From Gammaproteobacteria bacterium (GTDB lineage Bacteria > Pseudomonadota > Gammaproteobacteria > Steroidobacterales > Steroidobacteraceae): a DNA stretch of 64,000 nucleotides. Position numbers and translations under genes: made by a program. The stretch covers positions 499 through 64,498 of the forward strand of contig DAIDHD010000059.1 of the NCBI GenBank assembly GCA_027459765.1, read 5' to 3'. Positions within the stretch are counted from its first letter, which is position 1. Each line of letters opens with the position of its first letter. A model generated the notes under the pieces. That model ran no database searches and had not been told where the DNA came from. It was given only the letters and a program-made list of their open reading frames with translations. Of this stretch, positions 38,450 to 47,689 are shown piece after piece.

Positions 38450-39175
38450 TCACGCCAGGGTGTGGAATACCTTTTGCACGTCGTCGTCCTGTTCCAGCTT
38501 GTCGATGAGCGCCAGCACTTCCGCCGCCTGTTCCTCGGGCAGTTCCACGGGTGCGGAACAGATGTACTCGTGCTCGGCGGAGATGGGCGTGATGCCGCGC
38601 GCCTCGAGCGCTTCTTGCACCTTGCCGAAATCGTTGAAGGCGCAGCGGATCACCACCTGCGGTTCGCCCTTCTCGCCGGTGCTGTCGCCCATCTCCTCCA
38701 GGCCGTGGTCGATCAGGTGCAGCTCGAGCTCGTCGGCGTCCTTGACCGCCGACGGATCGAGCCGAAACACGCCCATCTTCTTGAACTGGAAACTCACGCT
38801 GCCCGTGGTCGCGAGGTTGCCGCCGTGCTTGGAGAACACGTTGCGGACGTTGCCCACCGTACGTGTGGGATTGTCGGTGGCGGCCTCGACCAGCACCGCG
38901 ACCCCGTGCGGCGCGTAGCCCTCGTAGAGCACCTCCTGGTAATTGGTAGCCTCCTTGCCGCTCGCCCGCCGGATGGCGGCGTCGGTCTTGTCCTTGGGCA
39001 TGTTCACGGCGCGCGCGTTCTGCAGCACGCGCCGCAGCGCGGGATTCGACGTCGGGTCGGGGCCGCCCGAGTGCACCGCGATGGTGATGTCCTTGGCAAT
39101 GCGCGTGAACTGCTTCGCCATGCGGTTCCAGCGCGCGAACATCGTGTGTTTTCTGGTCTCGAAGATACGTCCCAT
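38450..39175 (-). CDS. YebC/PmpR family DNA-binding transcriptional regulator
   Basis: In-frame ATG at 39175 in ORF 38450..39268. [52 protein letters not shown] and the C-terminal DDVQKVFH are present. Confidence 0.92.
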   Translation of the reverse strand: MGRIFETRKHTMFARWNRMAKQFTRIAKDITIAVHSGGPDPTSNPALRRVLQNARAVNMPKDKTDAAIRRASGKEATNYQEVLYEGYAPHGVAVLVEAATDNPTRTVGNVRNVFSKHGGNLATTGSVSFQFKKMGVFRLDPSAVKDADELELHLIDHGLEEMGDSTGEKGEPQVVIRCAFNDFGKVQEALEARGITPISAEHEYICSAPVELPEEQAAEVLALIDKLEQDDDVQKVFHTLA

Positions 39176-39288
39176 GACTTTTCCGTCCGCTAGCTTTGAG
39201 GTCGACGCCTTTTCCGGAGGCGCATGGTAGCAATACCCGGCCAAACCGCTAGACTTGAGCTCCTTCAAGCCCTGGGCGGAACCTCCCC

Positions 39289-40758
39289 TTGACCAATCAC
39301 CCGCCAGCCGAGGCGCCGGCGCCGACCGGCGTCACTTTCGAGTCGCTGAACCTCGCCGCCCCCGTATTGAGGGCGCTCGCCGAGGTCGGTTACGAGGTTC
39401 CCTCGCCGGTGCAGGCGGCGGCCATTCCGCCGCTGCTCGCGGGCAAGGACCTCGTCGGCCAGGCGCAGACCGGCACCGGCAAGACCGCCGCGTTCGCGCT
39501 TCCGGCCCTGACACGTATCGACCTCCAGCGCCGTTCCCCGCAGGTGCTCGTGCTGGTGCCCACGCGCGAGCTCGCCCTGCAGGTGGCCGAGGCGTTCCAG
39601 CGCTATGCGGCGCACCTGAAGGGGTTCCACGTCCTGCCCATCTACGGCGGGCAGAGCTATCAGCCGCAACTGAACGCCCTCAAGCGGGGCGCACACGTGG
39701 TGGTCGGAACGCCGGGGCGGGTCATCGACCACATGAACCGGCGCACGCTCGACCTCGACGGTCTGTCGATGCTGGTGCTCGACGAAGCCGACGAGATGCT
39801 GCGGATGGGCTTCATCGAGGCGGTCGAGAGCGTGCTGGCGGCGCTGCCGCCGCAACGCCAGATCGCGCTGTTCTCGGCCACCATGCCGCCGCCCATCCGC
39901 CGCATCGCGCAGCGCCACCTGCGTGCCGCGGTGGAAGTCACCATCCGCGCCAAGACCGCCACCGCGCCGCGCATCCGCCAGCGCTTCTGGATGGTGAGCG
40001 GCATGCACAAGCTCGATGCGCTGACGCGCATCCTGGAGACCGAGCCTTTCGATGGCATGCTCGTGTTCACGCGCACCAAGCAATCCACGGTCGAGCTCGC
40101 GGAGCGTCTCGAGGCGCGGGGATTCGCCGCCGCGGCGCTCAACGGCGACATCCCGCAGTCGCAGCGCGAACGCACGGTCGCCCGCCTGAAGGCCGGCGAG
40201 ATCGACGTCCTCGTGGCCACCGACGTCGCGGCGCGCGGCCTCGACGTGGAGCGCATCGGTCACGTGGTCAACTACGACGTGCCCTACGATGCCGAGTCCT
40301 ACGTGCACCGCATCGGCCGCACCGGCCGTGCGGGGCGCGCGGGCGAGGCGATCCTGTTCGTGGCGCCGCGCGAACGCGGCCTGCTGCGCGCCATCGAGCG
40401 CGCCACGCGGCAGCCGATAGAGCCCATGCGCCTGCCGAGCGTCGATGCGGTCAACGCGCTGCGGATCGAACGCTTCAAGCAGCGCGTGCTGGATGCGGCC
40501 GCCGATCCACAGGCGGCGGCGCTGCGTCCGATTCTCGAACAACTGGTGGCGCAGACCGGCATCGCGCCGCTCGACGTGGCCGCCGCGCTCGCAGCGCTGG
40601 CGCAGGCCGGAACGCCGCTCACGCTGACCCCGTCCGCCGCCGAGGAAGCGCCGCCCGAGCGGCCCTCCGCACGGCCTGCGGCGCCGGAAGCGCCACGCAG
40701 GCGCCCGCCGCCACGGCACGCGCACGGCAAGCCGCGCAAGCAGCACCGACGGGGTTAG
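39289..40758 (+). CDS. DEAD-box ATP-dependent RNA helicase
   Basis: It shows the Q motif/[25 protein letters not shown], the [10 protein letters not shown] motif and a basic C-terminal tail. The TTG start at 39289 is uncertain. Confidence 0.9.
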   Translation: MTNHPPAEAPAPTGVTFESLNLAAPVLRALAEVGYEVPSPVQAAAIPPLLAGKDLVGQAQTGTGKTAAFALPALTRIDLQRRSPQVLVLVPTRELALQVAEAFQRYAAHLKGFHVLPIYGGQSYQPQLNALKRGAHVVVGTPGRVIDHMNRRTLDLDGLSMLVLDEADEMLRMGFIEAVESVLAALPPQRQIALFSATMPPPIRRIAQRHLRAAVEVTIRAKTATAPRIRQRFWMVSGMHKLDALTRILETEPFDGMLVFTRTKQSTVELAERLEARGFAAAALNGDIPQSQRERTVARLKAGEIDVLVATDVAARGLDVERIGHVVNYDVPYDAESYVHRIGRTGRAGRAGEAILFVAPRERGLLRAIERATRQPIEPMRLPSVDAVNALRIERFKQRVLDAAADPQAAALRPILEQLVAQTGIAPLDVAAALAALAQAGTPLTLTPSAAEEAPPERPSARPAAPEAPRRRPPPRHAHGKPRKQHRRG

Positions 40759-40791
40759 GCGGGCTCGCGGGTCCGCCGGGTCTCGCGGCCG

Positions 40792-41745
40792 CTAGACCAC
40801 GCGGCCGCGCCGGCCGCCTTGCCGAAAGTCGCGCACGTTGGCCGCCATCTCGTCGATGCAGCGCTGCCGCGCCTCGCGCGCGGCCCAGGCGACGTGTGGT
40901 GTGACGATGAGGTTCGGCAGCCGCGCGTCGAGCAGCGGATCTCCGTCCACGGGCGGTTCCTGGGGCAGCACGTCGATGCCGGCGCCGCCGAGGCGCCCCG
41001 CGCGCAGCGCCGCCGCCACCGCGGCGCTGTCGACCAGGCCGCCGCGCGCCGTGTTGATGAGCAGCGCATCGGGTTTCATGAGCGCAATCTCGCGCGCGCC
41101 GATCAGTGTCTGCGTTTCCGGCGTGAGCGGACAGTGCAGCGACAACACGTCGGCGGCCGCAAGCACGTCGTCGAACGCCGACCGGCCGGGTCGCGGCGCT
41201 GCGCCGCGCCGCTCGGCCACCAGCACCTGCATGCCGAACGCGGCGCCGATTCGCGCCGCCGCCCGCCCCAACTCGCCGTAGCCGATCACGCCGAACGTCC
41301 GTCCGGCGAGTTCGCGGATCGGCGCCGACAGCACCGCGCGCCGTTCGTCGCGGGTCCAGGTGCCGTCGGTGGCGACACGCGCATGCTCGGCGAGGTGCTG
41401 CGTGAGTGCGAGGATCAGCGCCCAGGTCTGCTGGGTCACCGACTGCGTGCAATAGGCGCGCACGTTGCACACGGCGATGCCGCGCTCGCGGGCGGCGGCG
41501 AGGTCGACGTGATTGGTGCCGGTTCCGGCGAGCACCACGAGCTTGAGGCGCGGCGCCGCCGCCAGCACCGCGCGCGGCATGCGCACCTTGTTGAGCATCG
41601 CGACCTCGGCGTCGCCGATCCCGTCCAGAACCTCCTCCTGGCTGCCCAGGGCGAGGAATTCGATCTCATCGACCGCGGCGCGCAGGGCGCCCGGGTCGAG
41701 ATCGTCGTTCGAGACCGTGTCGTAATCCAGGAATACCGCGCGCAT
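40792..41745 (-). CDS. D-isomer-specific 2-hydroxyacid dehydrogenase (glycerate dehydrogenase-like)
   Basis: It shows the NAD-binding block GVIGYGELGRAAA, a catalytic region ending NTARGGLVD, and TPHVAW. Confidence 0.88.
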   Translation of the reverse strand: MRAVFLDYDTVSNDDLDPGALRAAVDEIEFLALGSQEEVLDGIGDAEVAMLNKVRMPRAVLAAAPRLKLVVLAGTGTNHVDLAAARERGIAVCNVRAYCTQSVTQQTWALILALTQHLAEHARVATDGTWTRDERRAVLSAPIRELAGRTFGVIGYGELGRAAARIGAAFGMQVLVAERRGAAPRPGRSAFDDVLAAADVLSLHCPLTPETQTLIGAREIALMKPDALLINTARGGLVDSAAVAAALRAGRLGGAGIDVLPQEPPVDGDPLLDARLPNLIVTPHVAWAAREARQRCIDEMAANVRDFRQGGRRGRVV

Positions 41746-41765
41746 GGAAGCTAGAATAGCCGCTC

Positions 41766-42365
41766 ATGCGGTTGCCCGCCGTCAAAATCCTGATCGCACT
41801 CAACGTGATCGTCTATCTCCTGCAGGGGATCGGCGGTGGCGCGGTGGAGACGGCTTTCGCGCTCTGGCCGCTCGGGCCCGCTGACGACGGCGGCGCCTTC
41901 CACCCCTGGCAGCTCGTCACCTACGCCTTCCTGCACGACCGAGACAACGTATCGCACCTGTTGTTCAACATGCTGGGGCTGTGGATGTTCGGCGCGCAGG
42001 TGGAATTCGAGGTCGGTACACGACGCTTTCTCGCGTGTTATTTCGCGTCGGTGGTGAGCGCGGCCTTGAGCCAGCTCACCGTGCCGACGCTGTTCGGCGA
42101 GCCGCCGGCGCCGACCATCGGCGCCTCCGGCGGCGTGTTCGGCCTGCTGCTCGCGTATGCGCTCCTGTTCCCGAACCGCAAGGTGATCCCGCTGATTCCG
42201 CCCATCCCGATGCCGGCGTGGCTGTTCGCCACCCTGTACGCCGCGGTGGAGCTCGTGCTCGGGATCACCGGCAGGTTCGCGGGCGTGGCGCACTTCGCGC
42301 ACCTGGGCGGCATGATCGGCAGCGCCGTGGTCGTGCTGCAGTGGCGCCGGCCGCGCCCGCGGTAG
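41766..42365 (+). CDS. Rhomboid-family intramembrane serine protease
   Basis: It is a polytopic membrane protein with HLLFNMLGLWMFG, GASGGVFGLL (catalytic Ser context) and AHFAHLGG. Confidence 0.85.
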   Translation: MRLPAVKILIALNVIVYLLQGIGGGAVETAFALWPLGPADDGGAFHPWQLVTYAFLHDRDNVSHLLFNMLGLWMFGAQVEFEVGTRRFLACYFASVVSAALSQLTVPTLFGEPPAPTIGASGGVFGLLLAYALLFPNRKVIPLIPPIPMPAWLFATLYAAVELVLGITGRFAGVAHFAHLGGMIGSAVVVLQWRRPRPR

Positions 42366-42399
42366 CGCCGCCGCCCGCCGGCGCGGTAGCCTTGCGCCC

Positions 42400-43401
42400 A
42401 TGAAGCCGACGATTCCGCTGCTGGCCGCCGCGTTCCTGCTTGCGAGTTCCGCCGCGCGCGCCGAGTGGGTGCAGCGGATCACCGACGGCATCATGGGCAC
42501 GCGCATCACGGTCGAACTGTGGTCCGAGGATCGCGCCCAGGCGGAGGCGGCGATCGACGCCGTGCTCGACGCCATGCGCCACGTCGACGAGACCATGAGC
42601 ACCTACAAACCCACCAGCGAGGTGTCGCAGGTGAACGCGCACGCGGCCGAGGGGCCGATGCGCATCAGCGGCGAGCTCTTTCACATTCTCACGGAATCCG
42701 AGAAGTACTCGGAGCTCACCGAGGGCGCCTTCGACATCACCTACGCGAGCGTCGGCTACCTCTACGACTTTCGCGAGCACGTGAAGCCGACCGACGCCGC
42801 CATCGCGCGGGCATTGCCCGCCGTCGATCATCGCCACGTGGTGCTCAACCCCGACCAGCGGACGGTGCGCTTCTCGACACCGGGCGTGCGCATCGATCTC
42901 GGCGGCATCGCCAAGGGTTACGCCGTCGACCTGGGGATAGAGGCGCTGAAGGCGCGCGGCATCACGCGTGCCTACGTCGGCGCCGGCGGCGACAGCCGCA
43001 TCATCGGCGATCGCTTCGGCAAACCGTGGATGGTCGGCATCCGCGATCCGCGCAAGGGCGAGGGCTCGGTGATCACGCGCATTCCCCTCACCGACGCCGC
43101 CATCTCGACCTCCGGCGACTACGAGCGATTCTTCGACGAGGGCGGCGTGCGCTATCACCACATCATCGATCCGCACACCGGCAAGTCGGCGAGCAAGGTA
43201 CGCAGCGCCACGGTGATCGGCCCGTATGCCATGCGCACCGACGGGCTGTCGAAGACCGCGTTCGTTCTGGGGCCGGAAGAGGCGATGAAGATCTACAACC
43301 GCATCGAGGACATCGACGCGGTGATCGTGACCCTCGATGGTCGCGTGCTCTACTCCAAGGGCCTGGAACCCGCCCGCGCCGCCGCGCCGCCGCCGCACTG
43401 A
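42400..43401 (+). CDS. apbE: FAD:protein FMN transferase (ApbE family)
   Basis: It has a signal peptide, MGT.I.V, DLGGIAKGYAVD and HHIIDPHTG blocks. Confidence 0.9.
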   Translation: MKPTIPLLAAAFLLASSAARAEWVQRITDGIMGTRITVELWSEDRAQAEAAIDAVLDAMRHVDETMSTYKPTSEVSQVNAHAAEGPMRISGELFHILTESEKYSELTEGAFDITYASVGYLYDFREHVKPTDAAIARALPAVDHRHVVLNPDQRTVRFSTPGVRIDLGGIAKGYAVDLGIEALKARGITRAYVGAGGDSRIIGDRFGKPWMVGIRDPRKGEGSVITRIPLTDAAISTSGDYERFFDEGGVRYHHIIDPHTGKSASKVRSATVIGPYAMRTDGLSKTAFVLGPEEAMKIYNRIEDIDAVIVTLDGRVLYSKGLEPARAAAPPPH

Positions 43402-43502
43402 CCGGCGACGGTGCGCCAAAATCGCATCGCCGAATCGCAAAACGGCATGGCGGGTCGGCGGCGCTTGGCTCACGCTATGAGCTGTTGAGAGGAGTCCGCC
43501 GC

Positions 43503-45059
43503 ATGAGCACCCGCGAAGAGCCGGCCGGCCGGCGCAGCCGGCGGCGGCCAGCCGCCGCCGCCGACGCACACGCGCCGAGCGACCGTACCCGCGCCTACCG
43601 CCACCTGCGCAATCCGTTCCGCCCGCTCGAGGTGTTCTCGACGGACGAGGTCGCGGCCATGCACGACGCGGCCCTCATAATCCTCGAGACCCAGGGCATG
43701 AAGGTCCTGTCGGCCGACGCCCGGCGCCGCTACGCGGCCGCCGGCGGGCAGGTCGACGAGGCTTCGCAGATGGTGCGCCTCGACCGTGCGCTCGTGGCCG
43801 ACGCCCTTGCCAAGGCGCCGCGGGAGATCACCCTGCACGCCGGTGATCCCTCGCGCCACATGCCGGTGTCGGGGGCTCACGTGGCGTTCGCACCCACCTC
43901 CGGTCCGCCCAACATCATGGACGTCGATCGTGGCCGGCGCGCCGGCACGATCGAGGACTTCTGCAACATGATGAAGCTCTGTCAGAGCTTCGAGGTGATC
44001 CACCTGCTCGGCGGCGCCACCGAGCCGCAGGATGTCGCGCCCGCCGTGCGCCACATGCACGTGATGCGCGCGCAGCTGCTGCTCACCGACAAGGTGCCCT
44101 TCATGTTCTCGCGCGGTTCGGCGCAGATCGCCGACAACTTCGAGCTCATCCGGATCGCGCGCGGCATCACGCCCGATGAGTTTCGCGCCCGGCCGTACGT
44201 TTACACCATCATAAACACCAACTCGCCGCTGCAGCTCGACGTGCCCATGGCCGACGGCATCGTCGACAGTGCGGTCGCCGGGCAATTGCTCATCATCACG
44301 CCGTTCACCCTGGCCGGCGCCATGGCGCCGGTGACGGTGGCGGGGGCGCTGACGCTCGCACACGCCGAGTTCCTCGCCGGCCTGACGCTTGCCCAGATCG
44401 CCCGCCCGGGCGCGCCGGTGATGTACGGCAGCTTCACCTCCAACGTCGACATGAAGTCCGGTTCGCCGGCCTTCGGCACGCCGGAATACGTCAAGGCGTC
44501 GTTCGGCGCCGGCCAGCTGGCGCGCTTCATCGGGCTGCCGTGGCGCTCATCGAATGCCACCGCCTCGAACGCGCCGGACGCGCAGGCCGCCTACGAATCC
44601 CAGATGAGCCTCTGGGGCGCCCTGTTCGGCGGCTGCAATTTCATCCTGCACGCCGCCGGCTGGCTGGAGAGCGGCCTCACCACGTCGTACGAGAAGTTCA
44701 TCCTCGACGTGGAGATGTTGCAGATGTTCGCGGAGGTGTTTCAGCCGGTGGGCGCCAGCGCCGCGGACCTCGCGCTCGAGGCGGTCGGGGAGGTCGGACC
44801 CGGCGGGCACTTCTTCGGTTGCGCGCACACCATGGAGCGCTATCGGAGCGCCTTCTACGCGCCGCTGGTGTCCGATTGGCGCAACTTCGGCCAATGGAGC
44901 GAGGGCGGCGCCAAGACCGCCACGCAGCGCGCCACCGAGATCTGGAAGGCGACGCTGGCCGCCTATACGCCACCGGCGCGGGATCCGGCCGTGGTCGAGG
45001 CCGTGAACGACTTCGTCGCCCGGCGCACGCACGAGGGCGGGGCGTTGCCCGCGACTTGA
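43503..45059 (+). CDS. Trimethylamine methyltransferase (MttB) family protein, non-pyrrolysine type, paralog 1
   Basis: In-frame ATG at 43503 (GAGGAG upstream) in ORF 42465..45059. The 518-aa product has no internal stop. Family blocks are INTNSPLQLD, ITPFTLAGAMAPVTVAG, GAPVMYGSF, GSPAFGTPE, DAQAAYES and HAAGWLESGL. The N-terminal tail is Arg-rich. Confidence 0.88.
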   Translation: MSTREEPAGRRSRRRPAAAADAHAPSDRTRAYRHLRNPFRPLEVFSTDEVAAMHDAALIILETQGMKVLSADARRRYAAAGGQVDEASQMVRLDRALVADALAKAPREITLHAGDPSRHMPVSGAHVAFAPTSGPPNIMDVDRGRRAGTIEDFCNMMKLCQSFEVIHLLGGATEPQDVAPAVRHMHVMRAQLLLTDKVPFMFSRGSAQIADNFELIRIARGITPDEFRARPYVYTIINTNSPLQLDVPMADGIVDSAVAGQLLIITPFTLAGAMAPVTVAGALTLAHAEFLAGLTLAQIARPGAPVMYGSFTSNVDMKSGSPAFGTPEYVKASFGAGQLARFIGLPWRSSNATASNAPDAQAAYESQMSLWGALFGGCNFILHAAGWLESGLTTSYEKFILDVEMLQMFAEVFQPVGASAADLALEAVGEVGPGGHFFGCAHTMERYRSAFYAPLVSDWRNFGQWSEGGAKTATQRATEIWKATLAAYTPPARDPAVVEAVNDFVARRTHEGGALPAT

Positions 45060-45269
45060 TCCTCGGGCGGCCACGCCGTCCAAATGCTCCGCGGCGAATC
45101 GACTCGGTCTGGTGCTGACGCATCCAGACAACCCCGTGACGCAAACGGATCAGCCGCTCCTGGCGGTGGTGACCATACTGCGATCGACACGAGAGTCGCC
45201 GCCCGCGAGCGGCGCCGGCTCTCGCCAGTTCCCTTTGAAGGGAGCACCGCCTACCGGAGGAGCATCACC

Positions 45270-46865
45270 ATGTCCGACTCATCCGTGACCGGCGCGACGG
45301 CCACGCCCGCTGCGGAGGCGCAGCGCGGACGTCGTCCGAGCGGGCGCGATGCCAAGCGCGCCGCGCGTGCCGCGCGCAGCGGCTCCACCGTGCCCTACAT
45401 CACCCGCAAGATTCCGTACTACGAGGTGCTCGGCGAGGAGGGCCTCGCCCAGCTCGAGGAGAACGCCGACACCATACTCGAGGAGATCGGCATCGACTTC
45501 CGCGAGGATCCGGAGGCGCTCGCGATCTGGAAGGCCGCGGGCGCCGACGTGCAGGGCGAGCGCGTGCACTTTGCGCGCGGCATGTGCCGCGAGCTCGTGC
45601 AACGCACGGCGCCGCGCGAGTTCACGCAGCACGCGCGCAATCCGGCGCGCAGCGTGCTGATCGGCGGTCCCAACACGGTGTTCGCGCCGGCCTACGGCTC
45701 GCCTTTCGTGCGCAACCTCGACGAGGGGCGGCGTTACGCGCGCATCGAGGACTTCCGCAATTTCGTCAAGCTCGCTTATATGTCGCCGTCCCTGCACCAC
45801 AGCGGCGGCACCATCTGCGAGCCCGTCGACCTGCCGGTGAACAAGCGCCACCTCGACATGGTGTACAGCCACCTGAAGTACAGCGACAAGCCCTTCATGG
45901 GGTCGGTGACCGCGCCGGAGCGCGCCGCCGACTCGGTCGCGCTCGCCGACATCGCCTTCGGCGCCGACCGGCTCGATCCGGCCACGGGCCGGCCCAAGAC
46001 CACGCTGATCAACCTCATCAACGTCAATTCACCGATGACCTACGACGCCACCATGCTCGGCGCCGCCAAGGTCTATGCCCGCGCCAACCAGGCCACCATC
46101 ATCACGCCGTTCATCCTCGCCGGCGCCATGTCGCCGGTGACGGTCGCGGGCACGGTGGCGCAGACGCTCGCCGAGGCGCTCGCCGGCATGGCGTTCGTGC
46201 AGCTGGTCAATCCGGGGGCCCCGGTGGTGCTCGGCAGCTTCGCCTCCTCGATCTCCATGCAGTCGGGCGCGCCCACCTTCGGTACGCCGGAGCCGGCGCT
46301 GGTGCTGTACGTGATGGCGGCGCTGGCGCGCCGTCTCGGGGTGCCGTTCCGCTCGGGCGGGAGCCTTTGCGCCTCGAAGATTTCCGACGCGCAGGCCGCG
46401 TTCGAGTCGGCGCAGACGCTGCTGCCGACCTGCCTCGCGGGCGTGAACTTCGTGCTGCACACCGCCGGCTGGCTCGAGGGCGGTCTCGCCATGGGCTACG
46501 AGAAGTTCGTGATGGACGCCGACCAGGCCGGGATGATGCACACCCTGCTCGCCGGCGTGGACCTCACCGCCAACGGCCAGGCGCTCGACGCCATGCGCGA
46601 GGTCGGCCCGGGCAAGCACTTCCTGGGCTGCGCCCACACCCAGGCCAACTTCGAGACCGCGTTCTACCGCTCCCCGCTCGCCGACAACAACAGCGTCGAG
46701 CAGTGGGAGGCCGAGGGTGCGAGCGACATGACCAAGCGCGCCAACGCGCTGTGGAAGAAGATGCTGGCCGAGTACGAGGAGCCGCCGCTCGATCCGGCCG
46801 TCGACGAGGCGCTCAAGGACTACGTCGCGCGGCGCAAGGCCGAGGCGCCCGACTCGAACGTCTGA
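45270..46865 (+). CDS. Trimethylamine methyltransferase (MttB) family protein, non-pyrrolysine type, paralog 2
   Basis: In-frame ATG at 45270 (GGAGGAG upstream) in ORF 45084..46865. The 531-aa product has no internal stop. It shares blocks with paralog 1 (INVNSPMTYD, ITPFILAGAMSPVTVAG, GAPVVLGSF, GAPTFGTPE, DAQAAFES, HTAGWLEGGL). Confidence 0.88.
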   Translation: MSDSSVTGATATPAAEAQRGRRPSGRDAKRAARAARSGSTVPYITRKIPYYEVLGEEGLAQLEENADTILEEIGIDFREDPEALAIWKAAGADVQGERVHFARGMCRELVQRTAPREFTQHARNPARSVLIGGPNTVFAPAYGSPFVRNLDEGRRYARIEDFRNFVKLAYMSPSLHHSGGTICEPVDLPVNKRHLDMVYSHLKYSDKPFMGSVTAPERAADSVALADIAFGADRLDPATGRPKTTLINLINVNSPMTYDATMLGAAKVYARANQATIITPFILAGAMSPVTVAGTVAQTLAEALAGMAFVQLVNPGAPVVLGSFASSISMQSGAPTFGTPEPALVLYVMAALARRLGVPFRSGGSLCASKISDAQAAFESAQTLLPTCLAGVNFVLHTAGWLEGGLAMGYEKFVMDADQAGMMHTLLAGVDLTANGQALDAMREVGPGKHFLGCAHTQANFETAFYRSPLADNNSVEQWEAEGASDMTKRANALWKKMLAEYEEPPLDPAVDEALKDYVARRKAEAPDSNV

Positions 46866-46902
46866 CGGCGCAGTCAGTGTCCCGCGAGGCCCGACGCAGC
46901 CG

Positions 46903-47565
46903 TCAGTCGCCGGACAGCGGCACGTCAGCCCACAGTGCCGTGCCGCGCGGGGCGCGCGTGGCGACGTCGAGGGAGCCGCCACAGCGTGCCAGCTGTTCCT
47001 TCAGCCCGACCAGGCCGATGGAGTTTGCCGCCCGCTCGCGGCCGTCAATCCCGCGCCCGTCGTCCTCGACCGTCAGCCGCAACCGCGGCGGTGCGTCCAG
47101 ACGCTCCAGTGTGATCCACACCCGTGTGGCCTCGGCGTGCTTCACCACGTTGGTGAGCGCCTCGCGGGCAGTGCGCAGCAGCACCACCAGCGAACGGCCG
47201 CCGAGCGCCGGCATGTCCGCGGTCACGCGAAATTCGGTCGCGATGCCGAAGCGGTGCGCGAATGCGGCCACGTGATCGCGCAGCGCGGCCTCGAAGCCGC
47301 TGCGCTCGAGGCTGTCCGGATGCAATGCGACGGTGAGGTTGCGAATCTTCTCGATGGTCGCGGTGAGCAGCGCATCGAGTTCCGCTACCCCCGCGCTTGC
47401 CTCGGTGCTCGCAGCGACGCTGCGCTTCAGGCTCAACAAGCCGAGCTTGAGTGCGACGAGATTCTGCGCCACCGTGTCGTGCAATAGATAGGACAGCTCG
47501 CGGCGTTCCTCGAGTCGCGCGTTCTCCACGGCCTCGGCGAGTCCCGATCCGGCGTGATCCAGCAT
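46903..47565 (-). CDS. Sensor-less histidine kinase core (HisKA_3 dimerisation/phosphoacceptor + HATPase_c)
   Basis: In-frame ATG at 47565 in ORF 46903..47943 (upstream of that, the ORF overlaps the RACo gene). The H-box is LSYLLHDTVAQNL. The ATPase blocks are REALTNVVKH (N box), VEDDGRGI (G1) and GLVGLKEQ (G2). Only about 20 aa precede the H-box helix. Confidence 0.72.
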   Translation of the reverse strand: MLDHAGSGLAEAVENARLEERRELSYLLHDTVAQNLVALKLGLLSLKRSVAASTEASAGVAELDALLTATIEKIRNLTVALHPDSLERSGFEAALRDHVAAFAHRFGIATEFRVTADMPALGGRSLVVLLRTAREALTNVVKHAEATRVWITLERLDAPPRLRLTVEDDGRGIDGRERAANSIGLVGLKEQLARCGGSLDVATRAPRGTALWADVPLSGD

Positions 47566-47638
47566 GGTGTAGCACCTTCCCCTGGCACTCGCGAGCAGGT
47601 CCCTAGCGGCTTTTTCACCGAGAGGACAGCCTACGACT

Positions 47639-47676
47639 GCATTGCGGCAGCGGTCACTACGTGATCGCCGCAATGC
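47639..47676 (-). terminator. Hairpin between the RACo gene and the histidine kinase gene
   Basis: Perfect 10-bp arms GCATTGCGGC (47639..47648) and GCCGCAATGC (47667..47676). No U-tract. Confidence 0.4.
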
Positions 47677-47689
47677 TCTAGCGGCGCGC

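Noticed and set aside
43503-46865. Possibility that the MttB genes are pyrrolysine-encoding
   Set aside because: Both reading frames are uninterrupted, with no in-frame TAG. No pylT or pylSBCD is visible in the window. They therefore belong to the non-Pyl branch.
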